Source of the DNA: Lachnospiraceae bacterium
GTDB lineage: Bacteria > Bacillota_I > Bacilli_A > RFN20 > CAG-826
Assembly (NCBI GenBank): GCA_963661135.1
Contig: CAVKZO010000002.1
Location: 8,614-72,613 of the forward strand
Direction: 5' to 3'
Length of the DNA: 64,000 bases
The notes under the pieces were generated by a model. It was not told the DNA's origin, did no database searches, and was given only the letters and a program-made list of their open reading frames with translations. Below are positions 1 to 9,295 of this stretch, in pieces; within the stretch, counting starts at the first letter, position 1, and every line of letters begins with the position of its first letter. The translations under genes and the position numbers were made by a program.

Positions 1-348
1 ATGGATAAAAATTTAGCTAAAAAAGTAACTGCTTCCCAACTTAGAACAGATTTACCAGAATTTAAAAGTGGCGATACTGTAAAAGTATCAGTTAAGATCA
101 CTGAAAATGGAAAATCAAGAATTCAAGTCTTTGAAGGTGTCGTCATCGCTCGAAGAGGTGGTGGAATCGCTGAAACTTTCGTTGTTAGAAAGATGAGCGG
201 TAGTATTGGTGTTGAAAGAATCTTCCCAGTACACTCACCAAATGTTGTAAGTGTCCAAGTAGTTAAAAAAGGTAAAGTCAGAAGAAATAAAATTAACTAC
301 ATCCGTTCAAGAAGCGGAAAAGCTGCAAGAATTAAACAAGTTTTATAG
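1..348 (+). CDS. rplS: 50S ribosomal protein L19
   Basis: 115-aa ORF starting at window base 1. Typical L19 length and blocks ([34 protein letters not shown]). Bacillus-like rplS-ylqF-rnhB order. Confidence 0.92.
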   Translation: MDKNLAKKVTASQLRTDLPEFKSGDTVKVSVKITENGKSRIQVFEGVVIARRGGGIAETFVVRKMSGSIGVERIFPVHSPNVVSVQVVKKGKVRRNKINYIRSRSGKAARIKQVL

Positions 349-381
349 TTTATTCAATTTAAATTATTATTTAGTGACTAT

Positions 382-414
382 AGGTAGGATGAATAATCCT
401 ACCTTTTATTTTTG
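382..414 (+). terminator. Rho-independent terminator after rplS
   Basis: Perfect 9-bp stem aggtaggat / atcctacct with 5-nt loop gaata, followed by ttttattttt. Confidence 0.8.
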
Positions 415-439
415 AGTTAAAAATAGTAAAATTTTATCT

Positions 440-1300
440 ATGGAAAATAGTAAAAAGAATATACATTGGTTCCCTGGTCACATGAAGAAAGCTAGCAATC
501 AAATAGTTGAAAAACTTAAGCTAGTTGATTTTGTTATTTGTTTATTAGATGCTAGAGCACCTGAATCTACATTCAATAAATATTTATTGAATTTAGTAAA
601 AGATAAAAAGAAATTATTTATACTAAATAAAACAGATTTAAGTGATGAAAAAGTAACTGCTAGATGGGTTGATAAATTAAATAATGAAGGAAATATCGCG
701 ATTAGTGTTTCTTTGCAAAATAAAGGTTCTAAAGAAATTATTTTTAAAGTAATAGACGTTTTTAGCAATGAAAAGAAAGAAAAAATGCTTAAAAAAGGTA
801 TTAAAAAGACTACCTGTAGAGCTATGGTTATAGGTATACCAAATGTCGGGAAATCTACTTTTATTAATTTTTTATTAGATAAAAATAGAATGAAAGCAGC
901 AAATACTCCTGGATTTACTAAATCAGTTTCATGGGCAAAGATTAATGATTCTTTTGAGATTATGGACACTCCTGGAATTCTAGAACCTAAATTTGAAAAT
1001 AAAACTCAAGCGATAAATCTAGCTTTAATTGGAGCTATAAAAGATAATATTTTACCTAGTGAAGAATTAGCTTTCTATTGCTTGAACTTTTTAAAAGAAA
1101 ATTATAAAAAAGAAGTGGAAAATAAATATCTTTTTGATTTTAATAACATGGAAAATGAGCATGTTTTTTTCATTAATTTAGCTTTAAAAAGAGGTTATTT
1201 AAAACATGGGAATGAACCCGATATTGATAAAGCTGAATTCATCTTTTTAAATGAATTTAAAAATGGTGCAATTTGTAAAATAAGCTTGGAAATCATATAG
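440..1300 (+). CDS. rbgA: Ribosome biogenesis GTPase A (YlqF/RbgA, circularly permuted GTPase)
   Basis: N-terminal WFPGHM. G4 (NKTDL) precedes G1 (GIPNVGKST) and G3 (DTPG), which is the permuted order typical of YlqF. Position between rplS and rnhB. Confidence 0.88.
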   Translation: MENSKKNIHWFPGHMKKASNQIVEKLKLVDFVICLLDARAPESTFNKYLLNLVKDKKKLFILNKTDLSDEKVTARWVDKLNNEGNIAISVSLQNKGSKEIIFKVIDVFSNEKKEKMLKKGIKKTTCRAMVIGIPNVGKSTFINFLLDKNRMKAANTPGFTKSVSWAKINDSFEIMDTPGILEPKFENKTQAINLALIGAIKDNILPSEELAFYCLNFLKENYKKEVENKYLFDFNNMENEHVFFINLALKRGYLKHGNEPDIDKAEFIFLNEFKNGAICKISLEII

Positions 1301-1302
1301 AT

Positions 1303-1926
1303 ATGCTTACTGAAGAGAATAAATATTACAATGAAAAAGTAGCTTTTATAGCAGGATGCGATGAAGCTGGAAGAGGTCCTTTGTGTGGGCCTGTTGTTGC
1401 AGCAGCTTGTATTTTACCTACTAATTTTAATAGTGATTTAATTAACGATTCTAAAAAATTAACCGAAAAGAAAAGGGAAGAAGCTTATAAATTAATCGTA
1501 GAAAACGCAATTGCTTACGGTGTAGGAATCATCGATAGTGAAGAGATTGATAAAATAAATATTTATGCAGCAAGTAAAAAGGCTATGATTATCGCATTAT
1601 CAAAACTAAATCATCAAATAGATTTAATATTAACAGATGCTATGCCTTTAAAATTTAATGATGTTCAAGTGATTGATATTATAAAAGGTGATGCTAAAAG
1701 TAAAAATATAGCCGCAGCGTCGATTATAGCGAAAGTCATTAGAGATAGAATGATGGAAGAATATGATGAATTATATCCTCAATATGATTTGAAGCATAAT
1801 AAAGGATACGGAACAAAAAAACATTTAGAAGCATTATCTATTTATGGTCCAATTAAAGGTTTTCATAGATTTAGTTACGCTCCTGTTTTTGAAGCTTATA
1901 ACAAAGATTTAAAACTTAAGATATAA
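1303..1926 (+). CDS. rnhB: Ribonuclease HII
   Basis: GCDEAGRGPLCGPVV catalytic block and a 207-aa length. Starts 2 nt after the rbgA stop. Confidence 0.9.
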   Translation: MLTEENKYYNEKVAFIAGCDEAGRGPLCGPVVAAACILPTNFNSDLINDSKKLTEKKREEAYKLIVENAIAYGVGIIDSEEIDKINIYAASKKAMIIALSKLNHQIDLILTDAMPLKFNDVQVIDIIKGDAKSKNIAAASIIAKVIRDRMMEEYDELYPQYDLKHNKGYGTKKHLEALSIYGPIKGFHRFSYAPVFEAYNKDLKLKI

Positions 1927-1969
1927 AAAATAGAAAAATAATGCGTCTTGAATAATAGGAGGACGTATT

Positions 1970-2743
1970 ATGAAAATTAACGAATTATTACTTTTTATCT
2001 CTTTAAAATATGAAGGTGATTGGGAAAGAATTTACGAATTTATTTCTAAGAAAGAAAAATTTGATCAAAAGGAATTTGAAAATACTATTAAATTATTTAA
2101 TGGTAATTACATCACGATAATGGATGAAGATTACCCTAAAATTTTAAAAAACTGCACTAAACCACCTTTTGTTTTATTTTATAAAGGGAATAAAGAAATA
2201 TTAAATACAGAATTTAATAAGATGCTTTCAGTTATAGGAAGTAGAAACAATTCTTTATACGCTAAAGAAATGACCACAAAAATAATTAAAGAATTACCTG
2301 ATGACATTGTTATTATTTCTGGATTAGCTAAAGGGATTGATGGTATCGCTCATAAAGCTGCGTTAGATAGTAATAAAAAGACTATCGCAATTTTAGGAGG
2401 TGGAATTAACTTTATATACCCTAAGGAAAATGAGCCTTTATATAATGAAATTATCGATAAAGGTGGACTTATATTAAGTGAATACCCTAAAAATTCTGAA
2501 CCTAAAAAAGAAAATTTCTTATTTAGAAATAGATTAATTGCTTCTTTAGGTAAAGCTTTATTTGTAGCGGAAAGTTACGGAAGAAGCGGGACTTCATCAA
2601 CAATATGCTTTGCTTTACATGAAAATAGAGATATTGGATGTCTACCTTTTAGAGCAAGTGATAATAGCAATTGTAATAAATATATAAAGGATGGAGCAGC
2701 TATTATAGAAACAAGTGAGGACATATTAGAAATTTTGAAATAA
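1970..2743 (+). CDS. dprA: DNA processing protein DprA (short form)
   Basis: GLAKGIDGIAHKAAL and ILGGGI..YP blocks of the DprA Rossmann-like core. AGGAGG RBS upstream. Sits upstream of topA as in Bacillus. Confidence 0.8.
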   Translation: MKINELLLFISLKYEGDWERIYEFISKKEKFDQKEFENTIKLFNGNYITIMDEDYPKILKNCTKPPFVLFYKGNKEILNTEFNKMLSVIGSRNNSLYAKEMTTKIIKELPDDIVIISGLAKGIDGIAHKAALDSNKKTIAILGGGINFIYPKENEPLYNEIIDKGGLILSEYPKNSEPKKENFLFRNRLIASLGKALFVAESYGRSGTSSTICFALHENRDIGCLPFRASDNSNCNKYIKDGAAIIETSEDILEILK

Positions 2744-2836
2744 TTTTAAATATTATATATTTAATAGATATAAGGTAAATTTTTCTGCTTTACAAAAAAA
2801 ATTAAAGTAACTATATTTATTTAGCAGAGGAAACGT

Positions 2837-4918
2837 ATGAAATTAGTAATTGTAGAGTCACCAACAAAAAGTAAAACGATATCTCACTATTTAGGTGATG
2901 ATTATGTCGTAGAAGCTAGCGTAGGACACGTTAGAGATTTAGCTATATCAGGGAAAGGTGGTTTAGGTATTGATATCAACAATAATTTTAAACCTACTTA
3001 CTCAATTAATAAGGATAAAGTAAGTGTAGTTAAACAACTAAAAGCTAAAGCTAAAAAAGCTGATGAAGTTATTTTAGCAACCGATCCTGATAGAGAAGGA
3101 GAAGCTATCGCTTGGCATTTAGCAGAAGTGCTTGATTTACCAATCGAAACGACAAAAAGATTAGAATTTCATGAAATTACTAAAAATTCTATTTTAAAAG
3201 CTATTGAAGAACCTCGTACTATAAATATGGATTTAGTACATTCTCAAGAAGCAAGAAGAATAATGGATAGAATTATCGGATTTAAATTGTCAAAATTGCT
3301 TCAAAGTAAGATTAAAAGTCAATCAGCTGGTAGGGTTCAATCTGCAACATTGGGATTAATCTGTGATCACGAAAAAGAGATTTTAAACTTTAAGAGTGAA
3401 GAATATTGGACAATTGACGCATCGATTTTAAAAGATGAAAAAGAAATTAAACTTAATTTTGTTTCTCTAAATGATAAAAAATATGATGTTTTAAATAAAG
3501 TTGATGCTCAATCAATATTAGATAATGCTTCTGAAACATTGGAAGTAATCAATATTTTTAATAACAATAAAAAAGTTAGTAGCAAAGAGCCATTTAGAAC
3601 TTCTACATTAGAGCAAAGCGCTAACTCAATACTTGGATTTAAAACAAAAACAACAGCTTCAATTGCTCAACAATTATATGAAGGTGTTGAAACTGATGAA
3701 GGGTTAGTCGGTTTAATTACATATATGAGAACTGATTCTACTAGAATTAGTGAATCTTTTGTAAATGATGCTAAAAAATTTATTTTAGATAACTATGGTG
3801 AAGAATATTATAAGGGCACAAAAAAGAATGAAAAAGATGTTAAATTTTCTCAAGATGCTCATGAATGTATTCGTCCAACAAGCGTATTTAGAACACCAAA
3901 ATCTGTCAAGCCATTTTTAAATGATAGACAATATAAACTTTATAAGCTAATTTATAATAGAACATTAGCAAGTTTAATGAGCGATAAAATTGTGAATGTT
4001 ACCACTGTTTTATTTAGCTCAAATAATGTTAAATTTGATACAAAAGGTTCAACAAATATCTTTACAGGTTACGACATTTTAAAAGTTGATGAAGAAGATA
4101 AAAAAGCTTTACCTATTTTTGAAATTGGCGAAAAGGTTGATTTTAATAAGATTGAAAAAGTTCAAAACTTTACAAAGCCTCCTTTAAGATATTCTGAAGG
4201 AAAGTTAGTTAAAATTATGGAAGAAGATGGAATTGGAAGACCATCAACATATTCTTCAACAATTCAAACATTGATTTTAAGAAAATATTTAGTTAGTGAT
4301 AAAGGCGGTTTAATACCTACTGAACAAGGTATTTTAACAAGCAATGTTTTAAAGAAGTATTTCCCTGATTTAATGAGTATTAAATATACTGCTAATCTCG
4401 AATCAGATTTAGATAAAGTTCAAATCGGTGAATTAAATGAATTAGAGTTAATACAAAAATTCTACAGTAGTTTTGAAGAAACATTTGAAGATGCTAAAAC
4501 TAAAATTTATAAAGAACCTTTAAAGACAACAGGCGAAAAATGCCCTGAATGTGGTGGAGATTTAGTTATTAGACATGGGAGATTTGGCGATTTTGTTTCT
4601 TGTAGTAACTACCCAGAATGTCATTATATTAAAAAAGAAGAAAAAGAAGTTAAATTAGTCGGAAGAAATTGTCCTGAATGTGGTTCGCCTCTTGTTTATA
4701 GAAAGAATAAAAAAGGTCAAACATTTATTGGTTGTTCTAATTTCCCTAAATGTCACTATATTGAAGGTGAAGAAGATCCTATATTAAAAAATGCACCAAT
4801 TAAAGTATGTCCTGAATGTGGTGGAGAATTAAAGCTAAGAAAATATAGAAAAAGTTATTTTTATGGATGTTCAAACTATCCAAAATGTAAATATAACGAA
4901 CCATATGATAAAAAATAA
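2837..4918 (+). CDS. topA: DNA topoisomerase I
   Basis: Toprim start MKLVIVESPTKSKTI, ATDPDREGEAIAWH, and active-site Tyr block ITYMRTDS. Three C-terminal Cys4 ribbons (CPECGG..C..YPEC, CPECGS..C..FPKC, CPECGG..C..YPKC). Confidence 0.95.
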   Translation: MKLVIVESPTKSKTISHYLGDDYVVEASVGHVRDLAISGKGGLGIDINNNFKPTYSINKDKVSVVKQLKAKAKKADEVILATDPDREGEAIAWHLAEVLDLPIETTKRLEFHEITKNSILKAIEEPRTINMDLVHSQEARRIMDRIIGFKLSKLLQSKIKSQSAGRVQSATLGLICDHEKEILNFKSEEYWTIDASILKDEKEIKLNFVSLNDKKYDVLNKVDAQSILDNASETLEVINIFNNNKKVSSKEPFRTSTLEQSANSILGFKTKTTASIAQQLYEGVETDEGLVGLITYMRTDSTRISESFVNDAKKFILDNYGEEYYKGTKKNEKDVKFSQDAHECIRPTSVFRTPKSVKPFLNDRQYKLYKLIYNRTLASLMSDKIVNVTTVLFSSNNVKFDTKGSTNIFTGYDILKVDEEDKKALPIFEIGEKVDFNKIEKVQNFTKPPLRYSEGKLVKIMEEDGIGRPSTYSSTIQTLILRKYLVSDKGGLIPTEQGILTSNVLKKYFPDLMSIKYTANLESDLDKVQIGELNELELIQKFYSSFEETFEDAKTKIYKEPLKTTGEKCPECGGDLVIRHGRFGDFVSCSNYPECHYIKKEEKEVKLVGRNCPECGSPLVYRKNKKGQTFIGCSNFPKCHYIEGEEDPILKNAPIKVCPECGGELKLRKYRKSYFYGCSNYPKCKYNEPYDKK

Positions 4919-6197
4919 TATTGAAGTAAATATTATAGGCGGAGGTTTAGCAGGTTGTGAAGCTGCTAACTTTTTAGCCAATAAAGGAATAAAAGTAAAT
5001 CTTTATGAAAAAAGACCAAAAGTTCAAACTGGAGCTCATCATACTGGTTTATTTGGAGAACTCGTTTGTTCAAATTCTTTAAAGTCTAAAAAGCTTGACA
5101 ATGCTTGTGGAATTCTTAAAAAAGAGATGGAATCTCTCTCTTCATTGATGATTGAAGCGAGCAAAGTAAGTGAAATTGTTGGTGGAGATAGTTTAAATGT
5201 AGATAGAGATATCTTTGCTAATTACATAACTAAAAAGATTAAAGAAAATAAAAATATTACAATTATTGAAGAAGATGTTAAAACGATAAAAGATGGTATA
5301 AATATAATTGCTACTGGACCTTTGACGAGCGGCGATTTGCTTGATGAATTATCTAAAATTAGCGGAGAAAAAATATATGGTTTTTTCGATGCATCTTGTC
5401 CAATCATTTACAAAAATTCAATAGATTTATCAAATGCTACATTACAAAGTAGATACGAAAAAGATGAAGATGAAACATATATAAATTTAGCTTTAAATAA
5501 AGAGCAATATGATAAATTTTATAATGAATTGATAAATGGAAAAAAAGCGATGCTTCATGATTTTGATACTGAATATTTTGAAGCTTGTTTACCAGTTGAA
5601 GTAATTGCTTCAAGAGGTTATAAAACTTTACTTCATGGACCATTAAAACCTGTTGGTTTCTCTTTTAAGGAGATGCCTTATGCAGTAGTACAATTAAGAA
5701 AAGATGATTTAATTGGTGATTTTTATAATATGGTAGGTTTTCAAACTAACTTAACTTATCCTGAACAAAAAAGAATTTTTTCTATGATTCCTGGATTAGA
5801 ACATGCTAAATTTGCTAGATATGGATTAATGCATAGAAATAGTTATGTTTACGCTCCAAAAATTTTAGATGATTTTTCAAGAATGAAGATAAATAAAAAT
5901 ATTTATATTGCTGGTCAATTAAGCGGCGTAGAAGGATATGTTGAATCAGCTGCGAGCGGGTTGCTTATTGCATATTATGTTTATGCTCAAATTAAAAATA
6001 TTGAGATAAAACCTTTATCTTTTAATACATGTTTAGGAGCTTTATTACGTTACATAACTCATACTGGAATTAATAATTTTTCTCCGATGAATGCTAACTT
6101 TGGAATCGTTTATAAAACAAATAGCATGGATAAAAGTGAAGTTTTAAAAAGATCATTAGATGATTTAGAAAAATTTAAGAAGCAATTCGATGAATAA
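4905..6197 (+). CDS. trmFO: Methylenetetrahydrofolate--tRNA-(U54) methyltransferase TrmFO (Gid)
   Basis: FAD fold IIGGGLAGCEAA near the N-terminus and GQLSGVEGYVESAASG near the C-terminus. The ORF track starts at 4863 inside topA. I prefer the ATG at 4905 (MIKNNIEVNIIGGG), which overlaps topA by 14 nt. Confidence 0.85.
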   Translation: MIKNNIEVNIIGGGLAGCEAANFLANKGIKVNLYEKRPKVQTGAHHTGLFGELVCSNSLKSKKLDNACGILKKEMESLSSLMIEASKVSEIVGGDSLNVDRDIFANYITKKIKENKNITIIEEDVKTIKDGINIIATGPLTSGDLLDELSKISGEKIYGFFDASCPIIYKNSIDLSNATLQSRYEKDEDETYINLALNKEQYDKFYNELINGKKAMLHDFDTEYFEACLPVEVIASRGYKTLLHGPLKPVGFSFKEMPYAVVQLRKDDLIGDFYNMVGFQTNLTYPEQKRIFSMIPGLEHAKFARYGLMHRNSYVYAPKILDDFSRMKINKNIYIAGQLSGVEGYVESAASGLLIAYYVYAQIKNIEIKPLSFNTCLGALLRYITHTGINNFSPMNANFGIVYKTNSMDKSEVLKRSLDDLEKFKKQFDE

Positions 6198-7125
6198 AAG
6201 TGAACAAGAATTTCTAGAATATTTAAAACACGATTTACAATATAGCGACAATACAATAATCGCATATAAGCAAGATATCGACATCTTTTTAGATTTTCTT
6301 TTTCTAAATGGTTATGACTACACAAATATCGATAAATTAGTTATAAGAAACTTTATGCAATCTAGAATGAATTATGTAAATTCTAGAGGAAATAAAGAAA
6401 ATGAGAGAACTTTAAGGCGAAGAATATGTTCTTTAAGAAAATTTTATAAATACATGTTTAAAAGAAACATTGTTTCATCAAATCCTTTTTTGATGATACG
6501 TCAACCGAAGATGCATAAAAAAATGCCTGATGTTTTATATGAGTCTCAAATTGAGCAACTTTTACTTGAGAATTCTAAAAGGACAGATAAGTTAAAAGAT
6601 AGAGACCAAGCTATATTAGAATTAATGTATAGCAGCGGAATGAGATGTAGTGAAGTTGTTAATTTAAAAACAATCGATATCGATTTTTCTTCAAGGGTTT
6701 TAAGAATTTTTGGTAAAGGCAAAAAAGAAAGAATAGTTCCTTTTAGTGAAACAGCCAAGATTTCGTTAATAAATTACATCAAAAATTTTAGAAAGTTACT
6801 TTTAGAAGAATGTCCAATTGAAGAAAGAACTAACTATGTTTTCTTGAATAGCAAGGGTAAAAAATTAACTACAAGAGGCTTAGAATACATCATCAATAGT
6901 ATCGTTAAAAAAACAGGTTTAACATTAGGGTTCGATTTACATCCGCATACATTAAGGCATACATTTGCTACACATTTACTTGAAGGTGGGGCTGATTTAA
7001 GATTGATTCAAGAACTTTTAGGTCATGAATCAATCAATACAACTCAAATATATACTCACGTTAGCAAAGAAGCTTTAAAAAAACAGTACAATGAATATTT
7101 TCCTAAAGGAAAGAAGAAAAATTGA
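6190..7125 (+). CDS. xerC: Tyrosine recombinase XerC/CodV-like
   Basis: HTLRHTFATHLL, LLGH and the catalytic Tyr in TTQIYTHV. N-terminal SAM-like core-binding domain. ATGA overlap with trmFO. Ends in TGA. Confidence 0.85.
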   Translation: MNKSEQEFLEYLKHDLQYSDNTIIAYKQDIDIFLDFLFLNGYDYTNIDKLVIRNFMQSRMNYVNSRGNKENERTLRRRICSLRKFYKYMFKRNIVSSNPFLMIRQPKMHKKMPDVLYESQIEQLLLENSKRTDKLKDRDQAILELMYSSGMRCSEVVNLKTIDIDFSSRVLRIFGKGKKERIVPFSETAKISLINYIKNFRKLLLEECPIEERTNYVFLNSKGKKLTTRGLEYIINSIVKKTGLTLGFDLHPHTLRHTFATHLLEGGADLRLIQELLGHESINTTQIYTHVSKEALKKQYNEYFPKGKKKN

Positions 7126-7149
7126 TGGTGCACACTTTATATTTAGTAG

Positions 7150-7179
7150 TTGAATTATATATATAAAAAATGATAAAAT
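7150..7179 (+). promoter_or_regulatory. Candidate sigma-A promoter for rpsB-tsf
   Basis: TTGAAT (7150-7155), an 18-nt spacer containing TG, then TAAAAT (7174-7179), giving an extended -10 TGaTAAAAT. Leaves a ~115-nt leader before rpsB. Confidence 0.5.
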
Positions 7180-7299
7180 AATATGACTTTTGTATTATGC
7201 AAAAGAATACGCACACTATGGATTCGGTTGCCTAGTCTTCAAATATGAAGGGAAAATCGTTAGAAATAGTGGAGGCTTAACAAATTGGAGGAGTCAAAA

Positions 7300-8355
7300 A
7301 TGACTGAAGAAAAAGAAACAATCGTTGAAACTGCAAGCGATGAAAAAGAAGTTGAAGTAAAAGAAAATGTCATGGATAGTGTTGTTCATGATGAAAATGC
7401 TGAAGTAATCACATTAAAGAAATTACTTGAAAATGGAGTTCACTACGGACACCAAACAAGAAAATGGAATCCAAAAATGAAACCATTTATCTATGCTCCT
7501 AGAAACGGAATTTACATTATCGATTTAAATAAAACTAAATCAGCTGTTGAAGTTGCTTATGCAAAATTAAAAGAAATCGTTTTAGATGGTGGAAAAGTAT
7601 TAATTGTCGGTACAAAAGATAATGCTAAAGAAATCGTTAAAGAAGAAGCTGAAAGAAGTGGATCTTTCTATATTAACAATAGATGGTTAGGTGGTATCTT
7701 AACTAACTTCAAAACAATTAGAACAAGAACAAGAAAGTTAAAAGATTTAGAAGCTAATGAAGTTGATGGCGAATGGGAAAAACTTCCTAAAAAAGAAGCT
7801 GCTCAATTAGGAAAAGAAAAAGAAAAATTAGCTAAAAACTTAGATGGTATTAAAGAAATGATCAAAGTACCAAATGCAATTATTGTCGTCGATCCAACAA
7901 TCGAACATAATGCAGTTAAAGAAGCTAACAAATTAAATATTCCAGTCTTCGGAATTTGTGATACAAACTGTGATCCAGATGGAATCGACTATGTCATCCC
8001 AGGAAATGATGATGCAAATAAGAGTGTTAAATTGCTTATTGGTGTCTTAAACGATGCTATTGTCGAAGCAAAAGGTGGATTACCAGAATTTGCTTACACA
8101 AAAGATGAAGGTAGTGAAGAAGTCACTATGAAAGATGCTATCCGTCAAGCTGATAGAGAAAACGCTTTAAGAATTTCTGCTAGACGTGAAATGCAAAGAG
8201 AAAGACTTGAAAGAGAAAAAGCAAGAAGAGAAGCTTTCGGAAAGAGAGAAGAAACAACTTCAGAAGCTAAAGAAGAAAAAACTGAAGAAAAACCAGCTAA
8301 AAAAGTAGTTAAGAAGGCTCCTAAAAAGGAAGCTGAAGAAGCTAAAGGAGAATAA
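7300..8355 (+). CDS. rpsB: 30S ribosomal protein S2 with acidic N-terminal and K/E-rich C-terminal extensions
   Basis: Core LLENGVHYGHQTRKWNPKM and ICDTNCDPD. The ATG at 7300 sits behind TTGGAGGAG; the TTG at 7285 in the track lies in the RBS. ~40 extra N-terminal and ~90 extra C-terminal residues relative to the usual ~250 aa. Confidence 0.9.
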   Translation: MTEEKETIVETASDEKEVEVKENVMDSVVHDENAEVITLKKLLENGVHYGHQTRKWNPKMKPFIYAPRNGIYIIDLNKTKSAVEVAYAKLKEIVLDGGKVLIVGTKDNAKEIVKEEAERSGSFYINNRWLGGILTNFKTIRTRTRKLKDLEANEVDGEWEKLPKKEAAQLGKEKEKLAKNLDGIKEMIKVPNAIIVVDPTIEHNAVKEANKLNIPVFGICDTNCDPDGIDYVIPGNDDANKSVKLLIGVLNDAIVEAKGGLPEFAYTKDEGSEEVTMKDAIRQADRENALRISARREMQRERLEREKARREAFGKREETTSEAKEEKTEEKPAKKVVKKAPKKEAEEAKGE

Positions 8356-8358
8356 TAA

Positions 8359-9231
8359 ATGGCTAGCAATATTGAATTAATCAAAATTTTAAGAGAAAGA
8401 ACCGGAGCTGGCATGATGGATTGTAAACATGCTTTAGAAGCTACAGGTAATGACGTTGACAAAGCATCTGATTGGCTTAGAGAAAAAGGTATCGCAAAAC
8501 AAGCTAAAAAGGCTGATAGAATCGCTGCTGAAGGTTTAGCTTTAGTTGTCGGTTGCGAAAAATGTGGTGCTGCATGTGTTTGTGAAGTTAACTGTGAAAC
8601 AGATTTCGTCGCTAACTCAGATCCATTTAAAGAATTAGTTAAAGTTTGCTGTTCAAAAGCTTTAGAGAATAAACCAAAGACAGTTGAAGAACTTAATGAA
8701 CTTGTAAAGGCTGATTTTACTGATGCTGCTGTTAAATTAGGTGAAAAATTAACAATTAGAAGATTTGATATTGTCACTAAAGAAGAGGGCCAAGGAATTG
8801 GTTCTTACATCCATATGGGTGGAAAAATTGCTGTTATCGTCAAATTAGAAAAAGAAGATGCAGAATTAGCAAAAGGATTAGCAATGCAAATCGCTGCTAA
8901 CTCACCAAAATATGTTTTAACTAGCGATATCCCAAGCGATGTTGTCGAAGCTGAAACAAAAGTTCAAACTGAAGTTTGTAAAAACGATCCAAAATTAGCT
9001 AATAAACCAGAAGCTGCTTTAGCTAACATCGTTAAAGGTAAAGTGAGTAAGGTCTTAAAAGAAGTTGTCTTAGCTGAACAAGAATACTTATTAGAACCAG
9101 GAAAAACAGTCGGTCAAGTTTTAACTGAAAAACATAATAATGTTTTAACATTTGTTCGTTATCAAGTTGGCGAAGGTCTTGAAAAGAGAAAAGATGATTT
9201 TGCAGCTGAAGTAATGGCTCAAGCTAAATAA
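8359..9231 (+). CDS. tsf: Elongation factor Ts
   Basis: UBA-like start IKILRERTGAGMMDCKHAL plus EVNCETDFVA. Immediately follows rpsB. Confidence 0.92.
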   Translation: MASNIELIKILRERTGAGMMDCKHALEATGNDVDKASDWLREKGIAKQAKKADRIAAEGLALVVGCEKCGAACVCEVNCETDFVANSDPFKELVKVCCSKALENKPKTVEELNELVKADFTDAAVKLGEKLTIRRFDIVTKEEGQGIGSYIHMGGKIAVIVKLEKEDAELAKGLAMQIAANSPKYVLTSDIPSDVVEAETKVQTEVCKNDPKLANKPEAALANIVKGKVSKVLKEVVLAEQEYLLEPGKTVGQVLTEKHNNVLTFVRYQVGEGLEKRKDDFAAEVMAQAK

Positions 9232-9252
9232 TTAAATTTTAAGAAAATAAAT

Positions 9253-9277
9253 AAGGCACTATTGTGCCTTTTTGTTT
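9253..9277 (+). terminator. Rho-independent terminator after tsf
   Basis: aaggcac / gtgcctt 7-bp stem with loop tatt, then tttgttt. Confidence 0.75.
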
Positions 9278-9295
9278 ATAATAATATATATGGAT

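Noticed and set aside
499-969. 156-aa minus-strand ORF inside rbgA. Similar antisense or alternative-frame track ORFs lie at 5222-5407, 5437-5643, 6110-6325, 6546-6758, 11955-12194, 19170-19382, 19410-19619, 21885-22091, 25607-25789, 26018-26350, 30755-31078, 32725-33009, 33872-34054, 37539-37838, 38131-38337, 40100-40363, 41205-41498, 47304-47642, 48078-48389, 49000-49197, 54686-54871, 56032-56232, 59860-60096, 61355-61552 and 61450-61641.
   Set aside because: All lie entirely within, or substantially overlap, well-supported genes on the other strand. They have low-complexity S/L/I/F-rich translations typical of shadow ORFs in AT-rich DNA, and none has an RBS or recognisable motif.
1930-1970. 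Imperfect hairpin aatgcgtc / gacgtatt enclosing the dprA RBS (aggagg).
   Set aside because: The stem is short with a G-U pair, the loop is long and there is no U-tract. It cannot be distinguished from chance, so it was not called a terminator or translational switch.
4863-4904. N-terminal extensions proposed by the ORF track. Several use TTG or GTG: 7285 rpsB, 9272 pyrH, 29470 HAD, 33639 pepP, 39664 ATPase, 39774 TetR and 50431 phosphoesterase. Others are 4863 trmFO, 60444 reductase, 19576 FNT and 48920 oppF.
   Set aside because: In most cases a downstream ATG has a proper GGAGG-like RBS, while the upstream codon lies in that RBS, in a terminator, or inside the preceding gene. For pyrH, trmFO and FNT there is no clear RBS; those starts rest on the conserved protein N-terminus. 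For all of them the conserved N-terminus begins at the downstream ATG.
7126-7140. tggtgcac after xerC resembles the 3' end of tRNA-Leu (ttggtgcacca), which raised the idea of an att-site remnant.
   Set aside because: Only ~8 identical bases, no flanking similarity, and it sits in the conserved core rather than at an island border. Chance similarity is more likely.
8145-8777. 210-aa minus-strand ORF spanning the rpsB/tsf junction.
   Set aside because: It is the mirror image of the K/E/A-rich S2 tail and of EF-Ts, giving an S/L/A/F-rich translation, and it overlaps two highly conserved genes.
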